Of a DNA stretch of 64,000 bases, positions 9,837 through 20,054 are shown in pieces. This stretch comes from Gemmataceae bacterium. Its GTDB lineage: Bacteria; Planctomycetota; Planctomycetia; Gemmatales; Gemmataceae. The stretch spans positions 14,171 to 78,170 of the forward strand of contig JAXMAT010000015.1 in the NCBI GenBank assembly GCA_046350235.1, in the 5' to 3' direction. A program made the translations under genes and the position numbers. The first letter of the stretch is position 1, and each line of letters begins with the position of its first letter. Below the pieces are notes generated by a model that saw only the letters and a program-made list of their open reading frames with translations, ran no database searches and had not been told where the DNA came from.

Positions 9837-12419
9837 TCAACCCCAGCAGATCAATCCGGGCTCGAACGAATTCGCCAGGTTCGCATGCTTGGGCAACACG
9901 CGGACGGCGTAGCCGTAGCGGCCGCTCGCTTTGCAGGGGATCGTGCCGCGGTAGGTCCAGACGGAGCCGTGGATCGATCCATCATGCTGCATCGCGGCGG
10001 CGTAGGGTGCGGGGATGTCGCCGAGGTTGTCCACCACGCCGTGGAAGAGCTGCACATCGACATCGTCCGGGCTGAGGTTGCCGAGGTTGATGCGAGCCCG
10101 CACTTCCATGGTGGCGCCGACATGCATCGGATCGCCGCCCTCGGCTTCCACATGCTCCACGCGGATTTGATTCCACTGGCTGTGCAGCTTGCGGCGCCAA
10201 TCGGAAAGCTCGATCGCGGGCGACAACCGATTGTGCGAGAGCACTGCGAAGCGCTTCGCGGACGGAGCGTAGCAGCGTTCCATGTACTCCTGCACCATGC
10301 GATGCGTGTTGAACACGGCCGACACCGTCTCCATCGAACGCTTCATCGTGCGGATCCAACCGCGCGGCAAGCCATCGGCTCCGCGGTTGTAGAAGAGCGG
10401 GGCGATCTCCTGCTCGAGAAGGTCGTACACCGCACGGCTTTCGATGTCGTCCTGGTAGGTGAGGTCGGTGTATTCCTCGCCGGCGCCGATCGCCCAGCCG
10501 TTTTCGCCGTTGTAGGATTCGCACCACCAGCCATCGAGCACGGACAGGTTGATGGCGCCATTGACGCACACCTTCATGCCGCTGGTGCCCGATGCTTCGA
10601 GCGGACGACGCGGGTTGTTGAGCCACACATCCACGCCCTGCACGAGATGGCGGGCGATGTTGATGTCGTAATCTTCGATGAACACGACGCGGCGACGAAG
10701 CTCCGCGCGACGGCAGATGTGGACGATCTCGGCGATCAGTTCCTTCCCGCCATGATCGCGCGGATGCGCCTTGCCGGCGAAGACGAACTGTACCGGTCGA
10801 TCCTTGTTGTTGATGATGTTCGTGAGGCGCTCGAGGTCGCGGAAAATCAGCGTGCCGCGTTTGTAAGTCGCGAAGCGGCGAGCGAAACCGATGGTCAGTG
10901 CCTCGGGATCGAGCACCTCTTCCGAACGCGTGACTTCGGCAGGCGGAGCGCCGCGGCGAATCAACTGCTGGCGCAAACGCTGACGTGCGAACACCACCAA
11001 CCGTTCGCGACGTCGCTCATGCGTTCGCCAAAGCTCGGCATTCGGAATCATCTCGACGCGTTTCCAGATGGAGTGATCGGTAGGCCGATCGTCCCATTGG
11101 ATGCCAAGGTAGCGGTCGAACAGGTGCGACATTTCCGGCGCCAACCAGGTGCGGGTGTGGACGCCATTGGTGATCGAAGTGATCGGGATTTCCGGATCGG
11201 GCAGCTCGGGCCAAATCGATTTCCACATCTTGCGACTGACTTCGCCATGCAGCTTGCTCACGCCGTTGCTGCTGTTGGAGAGGCGAATCGCGAGCACCGT
11301 CATGCAGTAGTTTTCGTGGTGGTCCTTCGGGTTCATTCGACCGAGGCCGAGGAACTCGTTCCAATCGATCTTCAACTTCGGCAGATAATTCGCGAAGTAA
11401 TGCTGCATCAGGTTGATGGCGAAGATGTCGTTGCCGGCGGGAACGGGCGTGTGCGTCGTGAAGCACGTGCCGGCGATCACCGCTTCGCGGGCGGCGGCGA
11501 AATCGAGGTTGTTCTCCTCCATCAGGATGCGGATGCGTTCCAGTCCGCAGAATGCCGAATGCCCTTCGTTCATATGGCAGACGGCCGGCTTCTTCCCCAT
11601 GGCGACGAGGGCGCGGATGCCGCCGATGCCGAGGATCATCTCCTGGCGAACGCGCATGTCATGATCGCCGCCGTAGAGACGGGCGGTGATGACGCGGTCT
11701 TCCGGGCTGTTTTGCGGGATGTTCGTATCGAGCAACAGCAGCGGTACTCGGCCGACCTGGATGCGCCACACCTGGGCCCACACATCGCGGCCCGGCATCG
11801 GCACCGAGATCGCCAGCGGTTTGCCTTCCGCATCCAACTCCGCGATCAGCGGCAGATTGTGGAAGTCGTTTTCCGGATAACGTTCCTGCTGCCAGCCATC
11901 GACATTCAGATACTGCCGGAAGTACCCCTCGCGGTACATCAGGCCCACGCCGATAAGCGGCAGGCCAAGGTCCGACGCGGATTTCAGATGATCGCCCGCC
12001 AGCAGGCCGAGGCCGCCGGAGTAAACGGGCACGCTCTCATGCAGGCCGAACTCGGCGGAGAAATAGGCCATGCGATACTTGGCGATCGCGTCTTCGAGGT
12101 TCCCCTGCTTCGAGTAAGTTTCGGAGAACCACGTCGATCGGCTCATGTACTCGTCGAGTCCCTCAAGCACGCGGTCGAGGTGCGCGAGGAAGCCCTCATC
12201 GTTGCAAAGCTCGGCCAGGCGCTCTTGGCCGATATTCGCGAGCAGCTTGACAGGGCTGTTTTCGAGCTTTTCGAAAAGTTCATCGTCGATGCGGCGAAAG
12301 AGCGAAACCGCCTCGTGGTTCCAGCACCACCACAAGTTGTAGGCGAGGCGCTGCAGCCCTTGCAGGCGTTCGGGGAGATGAGGAAGCACTGTGAAAGTCC
12401 GCAACGGACGCGAAGGCAT
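9837..12419 (-). CDS. glgP: Alpha-glucan phosphorylase (GT35, GlgP family)
   Basis: 860 aa and intact. 'LAYNLWWCWNHEA', 'YFSAEFG', 'GGLGLLAGDHLKSASDLGLP' and 'EASGTSGMK' (the pyridoxal-phosphate Lys region). Confidence 0.95.
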   Translation of the reverse strand: MPSRPLRTFTVLPHLPERLQGLQRLAYNLWWCWNHEAVSLFRRIDDELFEKLENSPVKLLANIGQERLAELCNDEGFLAHLDRVLEGLDEYMSRSTWFSETYSKQGNLEDAIAKYRMAYFSAEFGLHESVPVYSGGLGLLAGDHLKSASDLGLPLIGVGLMYREGYFRQYLNVDGWQQERYPENDFHNLPLIAELDAEGKPLAISVPMPGRDVWAQVWRIQVGRVPLLLLDTNIPQNSPEDRVITARLYGGDHDMRVRQEMILGIGGIRALVAMGKKPAVCHMNEGHSAFCGLERIRILMEENNLDFAAAREAVIAGTCFTTHTPVPAGNDIFAINLMQHYFANYLPKLKIDWNEFLGLGRMNPKDHHENYCMTVLAIRLSNSSNGVSKLHGEVSRKMWKSIWPELPDPEIPITSITNGVHTRTWLAPEMSHLFDRYLGIQWDDRPTDHSIWKRVEMIPNAELWRTHERRRERLVVFARQRLRQQLIRRGAPPAEVTRSEEVLDPEALTIGFARRFATYKRGTLIFRDLERLTNIINNKDRPVQFVFAGKAHPRDHGGKELIAEIVHICRRAELRRRVVFIEDYDINIARHLVQGVDVWLNNPRRPLEASGTSGMKVCVNGAINLSVLDGWWCESYNGENGWAIGAGEEYTDLTYQDDIESRAVYDLLEQEIAPLFYNRGADGLPRGWIRTMKRSMETVSAVFNTHRMVQEYMERCYAPSAKRFAVLSHNRLSPAIELSDWRRKLHSQWNQIRVEHVEAEGGDPMHVGATMEVRARINLGNLSPDDVDVQLFHGVVDNLGDIPAPYAAAMQHDGSIHGSVWTYRGTIPCKASGRYGYAVRVLPKHANLANSFEPGLICWG

Positions 12420-12594
12420 GCATCACCTCGGCAGAAAACGAAAAAAAGCAACCCTAGGGACCATGCAAGCACGATCCTGGAGAGGTTGCTTCAAGTTCGG
12501 CACGATCGCCGTACATGGGCTGGCGTTACAATAGGTCCGACCCTGCCAACGGGCAACCTTCGCCCTTTGCGAGCATCCTTGCGACGGCGCGTGC

Positions 12595-12654
12595 CATGCT
12601 TCGTCGGGTCCTCTGCTGGGCCGCGCGAGCTTCCGATTCCACCGACGAAGCATG
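12595..12654 (+). promoter_or_regulatory. 13-bp perfect inverted repeat in the leader of the 12689 gene
   Basis: CATGCTTCGTCGG (12595-12607) pairs with CCGACGAAGCATG (12642-12654). It ends 35 nt upstream of the ATG. Confidence 0.3.
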
Positions 12655-12688
12655 CGAACCCTCAGGCGCCTGGAATAGGGGCAAGTTC

Positions 12689-13174
12689 ATGAAGCACAAC
12701 ACCGACCCCGCGTTCAAGGGCGTGCAAGCGATCAAGGACGCGCAGGCGAAGACGCTCGCCCTCTTCGAATCATCCGCCGACAAAGGCGATTGGATGCGCA
12801 TTCATGAAGAACACTATGATTGGTGGATGTTCCCGACCGACGAACCCAGCGGCTTCGGCCTAGCATGGACCGTCTATGAAGGCGATATCGCCGACCTGAA
12901 AACCGACGCCGCCTATCTCGAACGATACCTCCGCGGCGTCCGGATCCTCGCGACCTCCTGGGGTTGGGACCTCGCCGCCGCTTCGGAAATCGCCAACCCC
13001 CAGCCCGGCCAAGCCTGGCAACACTGGCCTATCCGCCTCTTCAAAGCCGCCAAATCGACGAAGCTCTTCGGCTTCGACCAAGAATTTGCCTCGCTGAAGA
13101 AACTTGGAAACCTGCTGATGAGCCAGGGCGAAACCATGTACTACCATCGCGACCTGAGCTGGCTCTTCAAGTAA
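12689..13174 (+). CDS. Hypothetical protein, possibly OGFr-N-like
   Basis: 161 aa from ATG 12689 (MKHNTDPAFKG...). 'HEEHYDWWMFPTDE' resembles the H-x-Y-x-W-x-FP signature of the OGFr conserved region. This is a motif-level guess only. Confidence 0.5.
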   Translation: MKHNTDPAFKGVQAIKDAQAKTLALFESSADKGDWMRIHEEHYDWWMFPTDEPSGFGLAWTVYEGDIADLKTDAAYLERYLRGVRILATSWGWDLAAASEIANPQPGQAWQHWPIRLFKAAKSTKLFGFDQEFASLKKLGNLLMSQGETMYYHRDLSWLFK

Positions 13175-13395
13175 CCCATCCCGGTTCCATTTTGCTCACG
13201 CATCGCGAACCTGATCCGGCCCGAAGGTTTGGTATCGAAATGAGTTGCGACTCCCCATGGTTCCATTTCGGCTCCGTTTGGGTCCCCGTCGCCGCGCGTC
13301 GAAATGTCTGAACCCACCCAACCGCGGTAGCGGCGTCTCACGGTATCCCACGGCCCAAGCCGTGGAATACTGACAACACCGACGAGACGCGCAGC

Positions 13396-13728
13396 ATGGG
13401 AATCCCGATCGGTCAGGTCGTCGGCGACGGAGCGATCTTGTTGTTCCTCGACAATCAGGCGGCGGATCAGCGGGCGCATCAGCGCGCGAAGCAGGACTTG
13501 GCGGCTAAGCTCGCGACCGAGATCCGGGTGGTGCCGCGTCCGGCTTGCGGGCATATCAGCAACACATGGTCGAGCTGGCGAGACAAAGTAGGCTCTTTTG
13601 GATTGGAGTTCTCGCTCTTCTCACTGGGCGCGTATGTGAATGTTCTCAAAGCCCATCCGATCCGCAGGCAATGGCTGCTCGGCTTGGGCATGGCCTCGTT
13701 ACTGCTGCGCGTCGCCACGATCGTCTAA
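13396..13728 (+). pseudogene. Degenerate copy A of a small zinc-ribbon, two-TM protein
   Basis: Nucleotide homology to 34326-34714 ('GCGAAGCAGGACTTGGCG..GTGGTGCCG.GTCCGGCTTGCGG..CAACACATG.TCGAG.TGGCGAGACA'). The conserved peptide pieces 'RAKQDLAAKLATEIRVVPRPACG', 'QHMVELARQSRLFWIGVLALLTG' and 'WLLGLGMASLLL' lie in two different frames. Confidence 0.4.
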
Positions 13729-14224
13729 CGGTTACTCGCCAACACACGCTTCGCCCCCAATTCGACCCACGTGGAAGGTCGGATGGCGCTCGGCAAAAAA
13801 GACGGGTTCATCCTCCGCATTCAAGATGCGGACGACGCGGATGGCCCCTTGCGATCGCAGGACGTGGAGGAGGGCTTCCGAGCCGATCGAAACAAGGACA
13901 CGTGCCGGTGCTGGGAAACGGAGACGCCACTCAACGAACGTACATAAGTCGATATGGCTGCATTTCTTCTGCCTCACTTCACATGAAATGCTGTTGCCGC
14001 TCATCCGTTGCCGCAGGGGCCATCCGTGATGAACCGCCGACGCCCGACGATTCTCACTGTCTTCCGCAAAGCGATGGAACCTGCTGGCAGCAAGTAGCCG
14101 ATCGCTCGACGCACCGTACGCGCACCTGGAGCCGCGCCTCCCGGCGGTTGCTTGCGATTCCTATAGTAAGCTCCACGCCGGACTGCGCCGGCGTCGCTCG
14201 CCGCTTGGAAAGGATTTTCCCGCC

Positions 14225-16429
14225 ATGGCGTTTCAACCTGCGGATTCGCTGAAGAATCGCACGTTCGTCGGCCTGATCTTCGCCCAGTTTTTGGCCGGCT
14301 TCAACGATCAGGCGATCCATGCGGCGGCCATGTTCTACGCGCTGCATCAAGGGATTCTCACTGAGGCGCAGGCCATCTCATTGATGCCGATCCTCTTCTA
14401 CGCCCCCTGGGCGATTTTCTCGACGCTCTCCGGCTACCTCGCCGACCGCTACAGCAAGACGACGGCCCTCCGCGTGTGGAAGTGGGCGGAAGTCGTCATC
14501 TCGCTGGTGTTGCTGCTGGGCTTTTACCTGGGCACCGTACATCACATGAATCTTGGTGCGTGGATCGTCCTTTCCACCGTGTTCATGATGGGGACGCATG
14601 CGGCTTTCTTCGCTCCCGCGAAATACGGCGCGATGCCCGAGATTCTTCAGCCGCATGTCCTGTCCAAGGGTAACGGCATCCTCGAATCGACGACATTCCT
14701 CGCGGCGATCCTCGGGACGGTCACGGGCGGTTTGCTGTCGTCCTCGTTTCTTTTCAAGGGAAATGAGGTGTGGATCGGCGTTATCCTCCTCGTGTTGTCG
14801 CTCATCGGCGCCTTCGCGAGCTTGGTGATCGCGTATCTGCCCGCCAGCAACCCATCGCGACTTTTCCCCTACAACCTGTTCAAGCCGCTCTGGGACAACC
14901 TGCGCGTGCTGATGAGCGCGAAGCCGTTGGCGCTGTCGGTGCTGGGCATCGCGTTCTTCATCTTCATGGTGGCGTACATGCGATCCACCATGTACATGCA
15001 CGGACAGACGCGCAATCCGCCGTGGGGCGAGTTTTATACCAGCGTCATCGTCGCCACCGTCGCCCTCGGCGTCGGCATTGGCAGTCCGCTCGCGGGCAAC
15101 CTGTCGGGCGGCAAAATCGAACTGGGCCTCGTCCCGCTCGGCTGCATTGGCATGATCGCGGCCACCATCCTCGCCGGCATCGAGATCGAACACACTGGCA
15201 TGCTCGTCGTCGCTCTGGTGACGATCGGCTTCTTCAGCGGCTTCTACATGGTGCCGCTCTACACGCTGCTTCAGCATCGTGCGCCGAAGGCCAGCAAGGG
15301 CGACCTCGTCGCGACCAGCAACTTCATCAACGTCACCGGAGCGATTTCCGCATCGGTCCTCTTCTACATCCTGGTGCAACTTGGGCAGATCACCGGCATT
15401 ACGCCGCGTGTAGCGCAGAATGATCGCGTGGCTGAGGGAAAATTAGTCAGCGAAGAACGAGACACGCATGGCCATGTGCGCGAACTGCGTGTGCTGACGA
15501 AGGATGGCACGGAGAAGATCTTCACGAGTGGCATCGACGCGGAAGAGGAAGCGATTTTCGCCACGCTCGAAAAACTCGACGAAGGCCAATTCACGCCAAT
15601 TGAAGTCGCAGACAGCGGATTCCTCAGCATCTTCGGCAGCGGCGTGGCCAAAGACGCGGATGTCATCGTCAGCGAGTACGATCTGCGCGGCAAACGCCGA
15701 TACATGGTGCGTCTCGCCTCGCAGCCGCTGCCATCCGTGTTCGACAACGAAGTGTTGCCGCGTTACCTGTTCCTCGGCGCCGCGGCGATGACGTTCGGCA
15801 TCCTGATCCTCTTGGTGCGAAAGCTGCCGGACTTTTTCGTCCGCACCCTGTTTTGGCTCCGCAGCTTGGGGCGGTGGAAGATCAAGGCGGTCGGCATGCA
15901 GCATTTGCCGACGAAAGGCCCGGTATTGCTCGCAACCAATGCGGATCAGATGGAAAGCGGATTGCAACTCGTCTCCGCTACCGACCGCTCCACGACGTTC
16001 GTGCTGGTCGAGAGGGGTTTAGCAAATGGAACCGGCATTATTCGCCGATTGGCTCAAGCGAGCAGCGTGATGACTCTGGCTTCCGGCGAGCTAACGCAGC
16101 AAGCATGGGACAATGCTCGCAGGCACGCCGAGGCTTCGCTCAAAGACGGCAACTTGCTGGCGTTGACCGTGGCGGAAAACGGAACAAACGGCGAAGTCGA
16201 TCGCTTTGTCGGTGATCTGCGAAAGTGCGTCGCTGACCCGTTGCCGATCGTGCCGGTCTACTGCGGTCCCTTGGACTCGTCCCACCCGCAAGCCACCGCT
16301 ACCATCCGCGTCGTGTTCGGCCCTGCCCTGGCCGCAGACGCCGACGTCCCCGCCGCCCGCCGAGCGATTGCGGAATTGCAGGAGTGGATCAAACACAACG
16401 ACGAGAAAGCCGGCAAGGAAAGCCACTAA
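14225..16429 (+). CDS. MFS transporter fused to a PlsC-like acyltransferase domain (LplT/Aas-like)
   Basis: 734 aa and intact. The N-terminal half has about 12 TM helices ('FAQFLAGFNDQAIH'). The C-terminal soluble domain reads 'KAVGMQHLPTKGPVLLATNADQMESGL'. The acyltransferase HX4D motif looks degenerate. Confidence 0.8.
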   Translation: MAFQPADSLKNRTFVGLIFAQFLAGFNDQAIHAAAMFYALHQGILTEAQAISLMPILFYAPWAIFSTLSGYLADRYSKTTALRVWKWAEVVISLVLLLGFYLGTVHHMNLGAWIVLSTVFMMGTHAAFFAPAKYGAMPEILQPHVLSKGNGILESTTFLAAILGTVTGGLLSSSFLFKGNEVWIGVILLVLSLIGAFASLVIAYLPASNPSRLFPYNLFKPLWDNLRVLMSAKPLALSVLGIAFFIFMVAYMRSTMYMHGQTRNPPWGEFYTSVIVATVALGVGIGSPLAGNLSGGKIELGLVPLGCIGMIAATILAGIEIEHTGMLVVALVTIGFFSGFYMVPLYTLLQHRAPKASKGDLVATSNFINVTGAISASVLFYILVQLGQITGITPRVAQNDRVAEGKLVSEERDTHGHVRELRVLTKDGTEKIFTSGIDAEEEAIFATLEKLDEGQFTPIEVADSGFLSIFGSGVAKDADVIVSEYDLRGKRRYMVRLASQPLPSVFDNEVLPRYLFLGAAAMTFGILILLVRKLPDFFVRTLFWLRSLGRWKIKAVGMQHLPTKGPVLLATNADQMESGLQLVSATDRSTTFVLVERGLANGTGIIRRLAQASSVMTLASGELTQQAWDNARRHAEASLKDGNLLALTVAENGTNGEVDRFVGDLRKCVADPLPIVPVYCGPLDSSHPQATATIRVVFGPALAADADVPAARRAIAELQEWIKHNDEKAGKESH

Positions 16430-16491
16430 CGCGACTCTCGCAATAGTTTCTGATGCTGAGAGTCGGAATCGAGTGCGCGACGGGTGAAACC

Positions 16492-16860
16492 ATGCCGACA
16501 TTCAAAGAGGTGGTGGAAGGGATCGGACTCACGATCGACGGTGCCGGCGTCTTCGCGATCGTTCTCGGACTACTGTTTGCCGACCCGCTACGCTTTCGTC
16601 GGTTCGAAGAATGGTTGGAGTTACCGCCGGTTTCGCCAAGACCTCGGGCGCGGTATCCTGCTCGGACTCGAATTCCTGGTGGCGGCAGACATCATCCGAA
16701 CGGTGGCCGTGGTGCCGACGCTAGAGGGCGTTCTAGTCTTGGGCGTGATCGTGCTGATTCGGACTTTCCTGAGCATGGCCTTGCAGGTCGAGTTGGAAGG
16801 CAGATGGCCTTGGCAGCGCGAAAACGAAATGGAGCCAGCGCCGTCTCATTCCGCTGAGTC
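16492..16860 (+). pseudogene. DUF1622 membrane protein with a frameshift near 16590
   Basis: The N-terminus 'MPTFKEVVEGIGLTIDGAGVFAIVLGLLFA' lies in the 16453 frame. The conserved core 'YRRFRQDLGRGILLGLEFLVAADIIRTVAVVPTLEGVLVLGVIVLIRTFLSMALQVELEGRWPW' lies in the 16484 frame. The 3' end is uncertain because that frame runs on to 17203. Confidence 0.65.
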
Positions 16861-17012
16861 CACAGCGGCCGCGAAGGTTCATAGCCTGCCTACACGCGTC
16901 ACCGAGTCTTTTCCGACTGCCCTGTCCCACTGGGGCGACTTCGGCCGGAGCATTCGTAGTTTCTCCCCTCGCAGCGCATGTGAAGTGAAGCACCATCCGA
17001 AATGGAAAACCC

Positions 17013-17375
17013 ATGGCGGCGAAACATCGCATCTACACGATGAGCTTTGCGAGCGTCTATCCTCTCTACGTCGCCAAGGCGGAAAAGAAGGGGCGGACCA
17101 AAGCGGAGGTCGATGCTGTCATTCGTTGGCTGACAGGCTACTGCCAGCGCGACCTGGAAAAGCAAGTCAAGAATCAGGTGGACTTCGAGAGCTTCTTTCA
17201 TGAAGCCCCGGCGCTCAATCCTGCTCGGCGACTGATCCAAGGCGTGATCTGCGGAGTGAGGATCGAAGAGATCGAAGAGCCGCTGATGCGAGAAATTCGG
17301 TATCTGGATAAACTGGTGGACGAACTGGCCAAGGGGAAGGCGATCGAGAAGATTTTGAGGAGCGAAGTCGTCTAG
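17013..17375 (+). CDS. DUF2200 family protein
   Basis: 120 aa. '[37 protein letters not shown]' is the family hallmark. Confidence 0.85.
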   Translation: MAAKHRIYTMSFASVYPLYVAKAEKKGRTKAEVDAVIRWLTGYCQRDLEKQVKNQVDFESFFHEAPALNPARRLIQGVICGVRIEEIEEPLMREIRYLDKLVDELAKGKAIEKILRSEVV

Positions 17376-17438
17376 TTGGATCGCAGAGCCGAGCCGGGGT
17401 TGATACTGTTGATTGGCCAAAAATCGCAGCGAGGGGAC

Positions 17439-17876
17439 ATGGGGCAGTACATTCGAGTCCAGTCGTCGAAGTTCGCCGTCCTGCCTGGTGAAGCCGAGGA
17501 ACTGGTCAACGACGGGTTGTACGGCAAGGCGTTGGCGGAGTATCTTGTCGAAAAGTTGCGGCTCCGCGGGTACGACGTGCCCTTTTTGTGTTGCGAAGAC
17601 TGGGGCTGGTGGGTCGAACTGCACGGCTTCCCGTTTGCTTTCGGCGTTTGCATTTACGGCACGCAGCTCGAAGACGGCCAAATCGATCTTTACGTGACCG
17701 ATGGGGCGGCTGCAGCACGCCAGTGGAGTTGGCGACGATTCCGATTCGTCAGCACCGGGCAAGCGGCAGAGCAGTTACACCGAGATTTGCTAGCGATCTT
17801 CACGGCGGATCCCGACGTTCAGTTGCTTGGCGACAACCTGGACTCGCCTTTTGCCGACGACCATCCGGCAGCCTGA
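17439..17876 (+). CDS. Hypothetical cytoplasmic protein
   Basis: 145 aa from ATG 17439 (MGQYIRVQSSKFAVLPGEAEELVNDGLYGKALAEYL...). No recognisable motif. Convergent with the nuclease gene. Confidence 0.5.
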   Translation: MGQYIRVQSSKFAVLPGEAEELVNDGLYGKALAEYLVEKLRLRGYDVPFLCCEDWGWWVELHGFPFAFGVCIYGTQLEDGQIDLYVTDGAAAARQWSWRRFRFVSTGQAAEQLHRDLLAIFTADPDVQLLGDNLDSPFADDHPAA

Positions 17877-17892
17877 ACCCCCACTCCGAACT

Positions 17893-18759
17893 TCAATCCG
17901 TCACATACACCTTCTTCTTTAGCGGCCCGATTACCTCAGGGGCGACGCGGTCGAAGAAGCGGTAGCCGGTCAACGATTCAATGTCGGCGACGGAGACCGC
18001 GTATTTCTCCCAGGGCGTTTCCTTCGTCGGCGTGCGGTCGTTCGGCATGATCACGGCGATCAGCGGCGTCTTGGCGTTCACGCGCGTGGCGGGGGATTTC
18101 GTCGAGCCGGCGTCGAGCATCGCGATCACCTTCCAGCAACTCTTCGGCACCACCACCTTGCCGTTGCCCACCGTCTTGATCAGGCCATGCTCGCTTTTGC
18201 CGCCTTGGCCGTGCGGGCCGCAGACGATGTAGAGTTCCTTGTTCTGCCGAAAGCAGACGTCGCGGCACCAGATCTCCAAGTTATTCCATGAGCCGGCGTT
18301 CAGCTCTTCCGTCTGTGGGACCATGTTGGTCATGCAAAACGTTTCGCGGGCCGCTTCCTCGGTGTTGTTGCGGTGGCTGTTGGGGCACATGTGGCCACGG
18401 GTCATGCCGGTCGCGTTGAAGTGATAATCGAACGGCTTCACTTGGTAAAAATGCTTGGGCAGGTCGGGGTCGGGGAAAAACGTCAGCGATCGCGCGGCCC
18501 GGCCCATGTCGCCTTTGCGAAGCCGATAGCTCACCCAGTTGGGGGTGCCTTTTTTCGAGTTATAGGAGAGGGCGTATTCGTCCTTCACCATGAGATAGTC
18601 GATCGCATCCGGTTCTTTCGTATCCGCCTTCGCGCCGCTGGGATTGCCGAGCGAAAGATGCACGTCGCCGGGGACAGGCCTCGCCTTCGGCTCATCGGCG
18701 CGGAGGAGAACGACGGCGAACGCAAGAACGTAGCACGCAAGCAGGAACGGTCGCGCCAT
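17893..18759 (-). CDS. Secreted DNA/RNA non-specific endonuclease (Endonuclease_NS / NUC1 family)
   Basis: 'RGHMCPNSHRNNTEEAARETFCMTNMVPQTEELNAGSWNNLE' contains the catalytic RGH..N motif. Signal peptide from ATG 18759 (MARPFLLACYVLAFAVVLL). Confidence 0.9.
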   Translation of the reverse strand: MARPFLLACYVLAFAVVLLRADEPKARPVPGDVHLSLGNPSGAKADTKEPDAIDYLMVKDEYALSYNSKKGTPNWVSYRLRKGDMGRAARSLTFFPDPDLPKHFYQVKPFDYHFNATGMTRGHMCPNSHRNNTEEAARETFCMTNMVPQTEELNAGSWNNLEIWCRDVCFRQNKELYIVCGPHGQGGKSEHGLIKTVGNGKVVVPKSCWKVIAMLDAGSTKSPATRVNAKTPLIAVIMPNDRTPTKETPWEKYAVSVADIESLTGYRFFDRVAPEVIGPLKKKVYVTD

Positions 18760-18813
18760 GGCGAGAAACCTCGGAAGGGGGACACGTTCAACGTAGGCCA
18801 AAACAGGGGAGCG

Positions 18814-19884
18814 TCATCGACGCGGCTCCAGCCATTTCTCGAACCATGCCCACGTCTCCTGCCACTGGGCCGGCGTGATCGTGTGCCCCACCTCGGCACT
18901 GGATACCTTCAAGCGATCGCTCTTCCCCGCATCCGCATACGCCTTCTCGGCAAAAGCGATGGCGATCTTGGCGCCTGGGTAGGGGCAATTCGCATCCTTC
19001 GTCCCCGACACGATCAGCAGCGGTCGGCCCGCCATCAGGCGAAGCATGCTGGGGCAGTCGAACTGGTCGAGCATGCCGGGAATCACCTTGTTCCACAGCT
19101 CGCGGCACACCTTCTGGTTGACCTTGGCTTCTCCCAGATCCTTCGCTGCGATGTCGTGAGCAGCCGCGATCGTCCGTGCTCGTCCGCCCCATTCGTCGTT
19201 TTCCAGACTCCAGCGGAAGCTCTGCACGGCGATCGAAGGGACGATCACCTTCACGCGATCATCGACGGCGGCGGCGAGCCAGGTTTGAATTCCGCCCATA
19301 CTGATGCCGACCATGCCGATGCGTTCCGCATCGATATCAGATCGGGTCGCGAGGTAATCGACGACGCGCCACAGATCCCAGCAGGTGTCGTAATAGAACG
19401 GATGCTCGCGGGTTTTGTCGTCCGCCGTCTTCCACGCCGTGGCGATCGCCTGCACATACGCCGACGAACCCTTCTCGCCGCGAGCGCCGTGGTAACGGGC
19501 ATCGATGGCGACGCCGATGATGTTTCGTTTCGCAAGTTCGCCGAGATGGCCCAGCATCCCCTGCATCGATCCACCGGTGCCGTGCAGCACGATGACGGCG
19601 GGCAGCTTCTTGTCGGATTTCTCAGGCCGAAGGATCAGCATGGGCACGCGTTCGATGGCGCCGTTCGGTTTCTTCTCACTGGCGATGGTGAGCTTCTCAA
19701 GCGTCCAACCGGAGGCGTGCTTCGAAGTCTCTTGCGTCGTCGGATCGGCGGGCACCTTGGGACGATCGAGCATCTTGAGGAATGCAGCCTTCACCTCCGC
19801 AGGCGGCGGATACTTCGGCAGATCCTGCGCCCAGCCGCAGGCGGTGAGGAGGAGAAGGCCGAGGAATGCGGAGAGAGGACGCAT
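18814..19884 (-). CDS. Secreted alpha/beta hydrolase (dienelactone hydrolase / S9-like esterase)
   Basis: 356 aa. Signal peptide MRPLSAFLGLLLLTACGWA. 'VIVLHGTGG' plus the nucleophile elbow 'GISMGG'. Distal 'D..C' and 'GH' residues could complete a catalytic triad. Confidence 0.8.
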   Translation of the reverse strand: MRPLSAFLGLLLLTACGWAQDLPKYPPPAEVKAAFLKMLDRPKVPADPTTQETSKHASGWTLEKLTIASEKKPNGAIERVPMLILRPEKSDKKLPAVIVLHGTGGSMQGMLGHLGELAKRNIIGVAIDARYHGARGEKGSSAYVQAIATAWKTADDKTREHPFYYDTCWDLWRVVDYLATRSDIDAERIGMVGISMGGIQTWLAAAVDDRVKVIVPSIAVQSFRWSLENDEWGGRARTIAAAHDIAAKDLGEAKVNQKVCRELWNKVIPGMLDQFDCPSMLRLMAGRPLLIVSGTKDANCPYPGAKIAIAFAEKAYADAGKSDRLKVSSAEVGHTITPAQWQETWAWFEKWLEPRR

Positions 19885-19914
19885 GAATGATCCTTATTGG
19901 AATCGATCCCAACC

Positions 19915-20050
19915 AAGCCCCACCGTAAGCGCAGCGCACGGTGGGGATCCTATGTAGCCCTCTCGCTCCGCGAGAGGTAAGCGGCAGTTCGCCGTGCGAT
20001 CGCGCGGCATCCCTCCGCTTACCTCTCGCGGAGCGAGAGGGCTACATAGG
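19915..20050. repeat. Composite REP locus: one family-1 unit plus a family-2 inverted pair
   Basis: The family-1 unit spans 19915-19948. The family-2 arm CCTATGTAGCCCTCTCGCTCCGCGAGAGGTAAGCGG (19949-19984) faces its reverse complement (20015-20050) across a 30 nt spacer. Confidence 0.75.
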
Positions 20051-20054
20051 CAGA

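Noticed and set aside
9729-12692. Very long ORFs antisense to real genes. Examples: 9729..12692 (+), 18373..19890 (+), 20697..22331 (+), 24988..26232 (+), 27682..29427 (+), 46587..48773 (+), 51838..53916 (+), 60095..61117 (+), 31733..33259 (-), 39027..40139 (-), 6200..7156 (-), 14378..15379 (-).
   Set aside because: Their translations are Arg/Ala/Gly/Asp-rich with no motifs. Each exactly shadows a gene with strong family signatures on the other strand, which is typical of stop-poor antisense frames in high-GC DNA.
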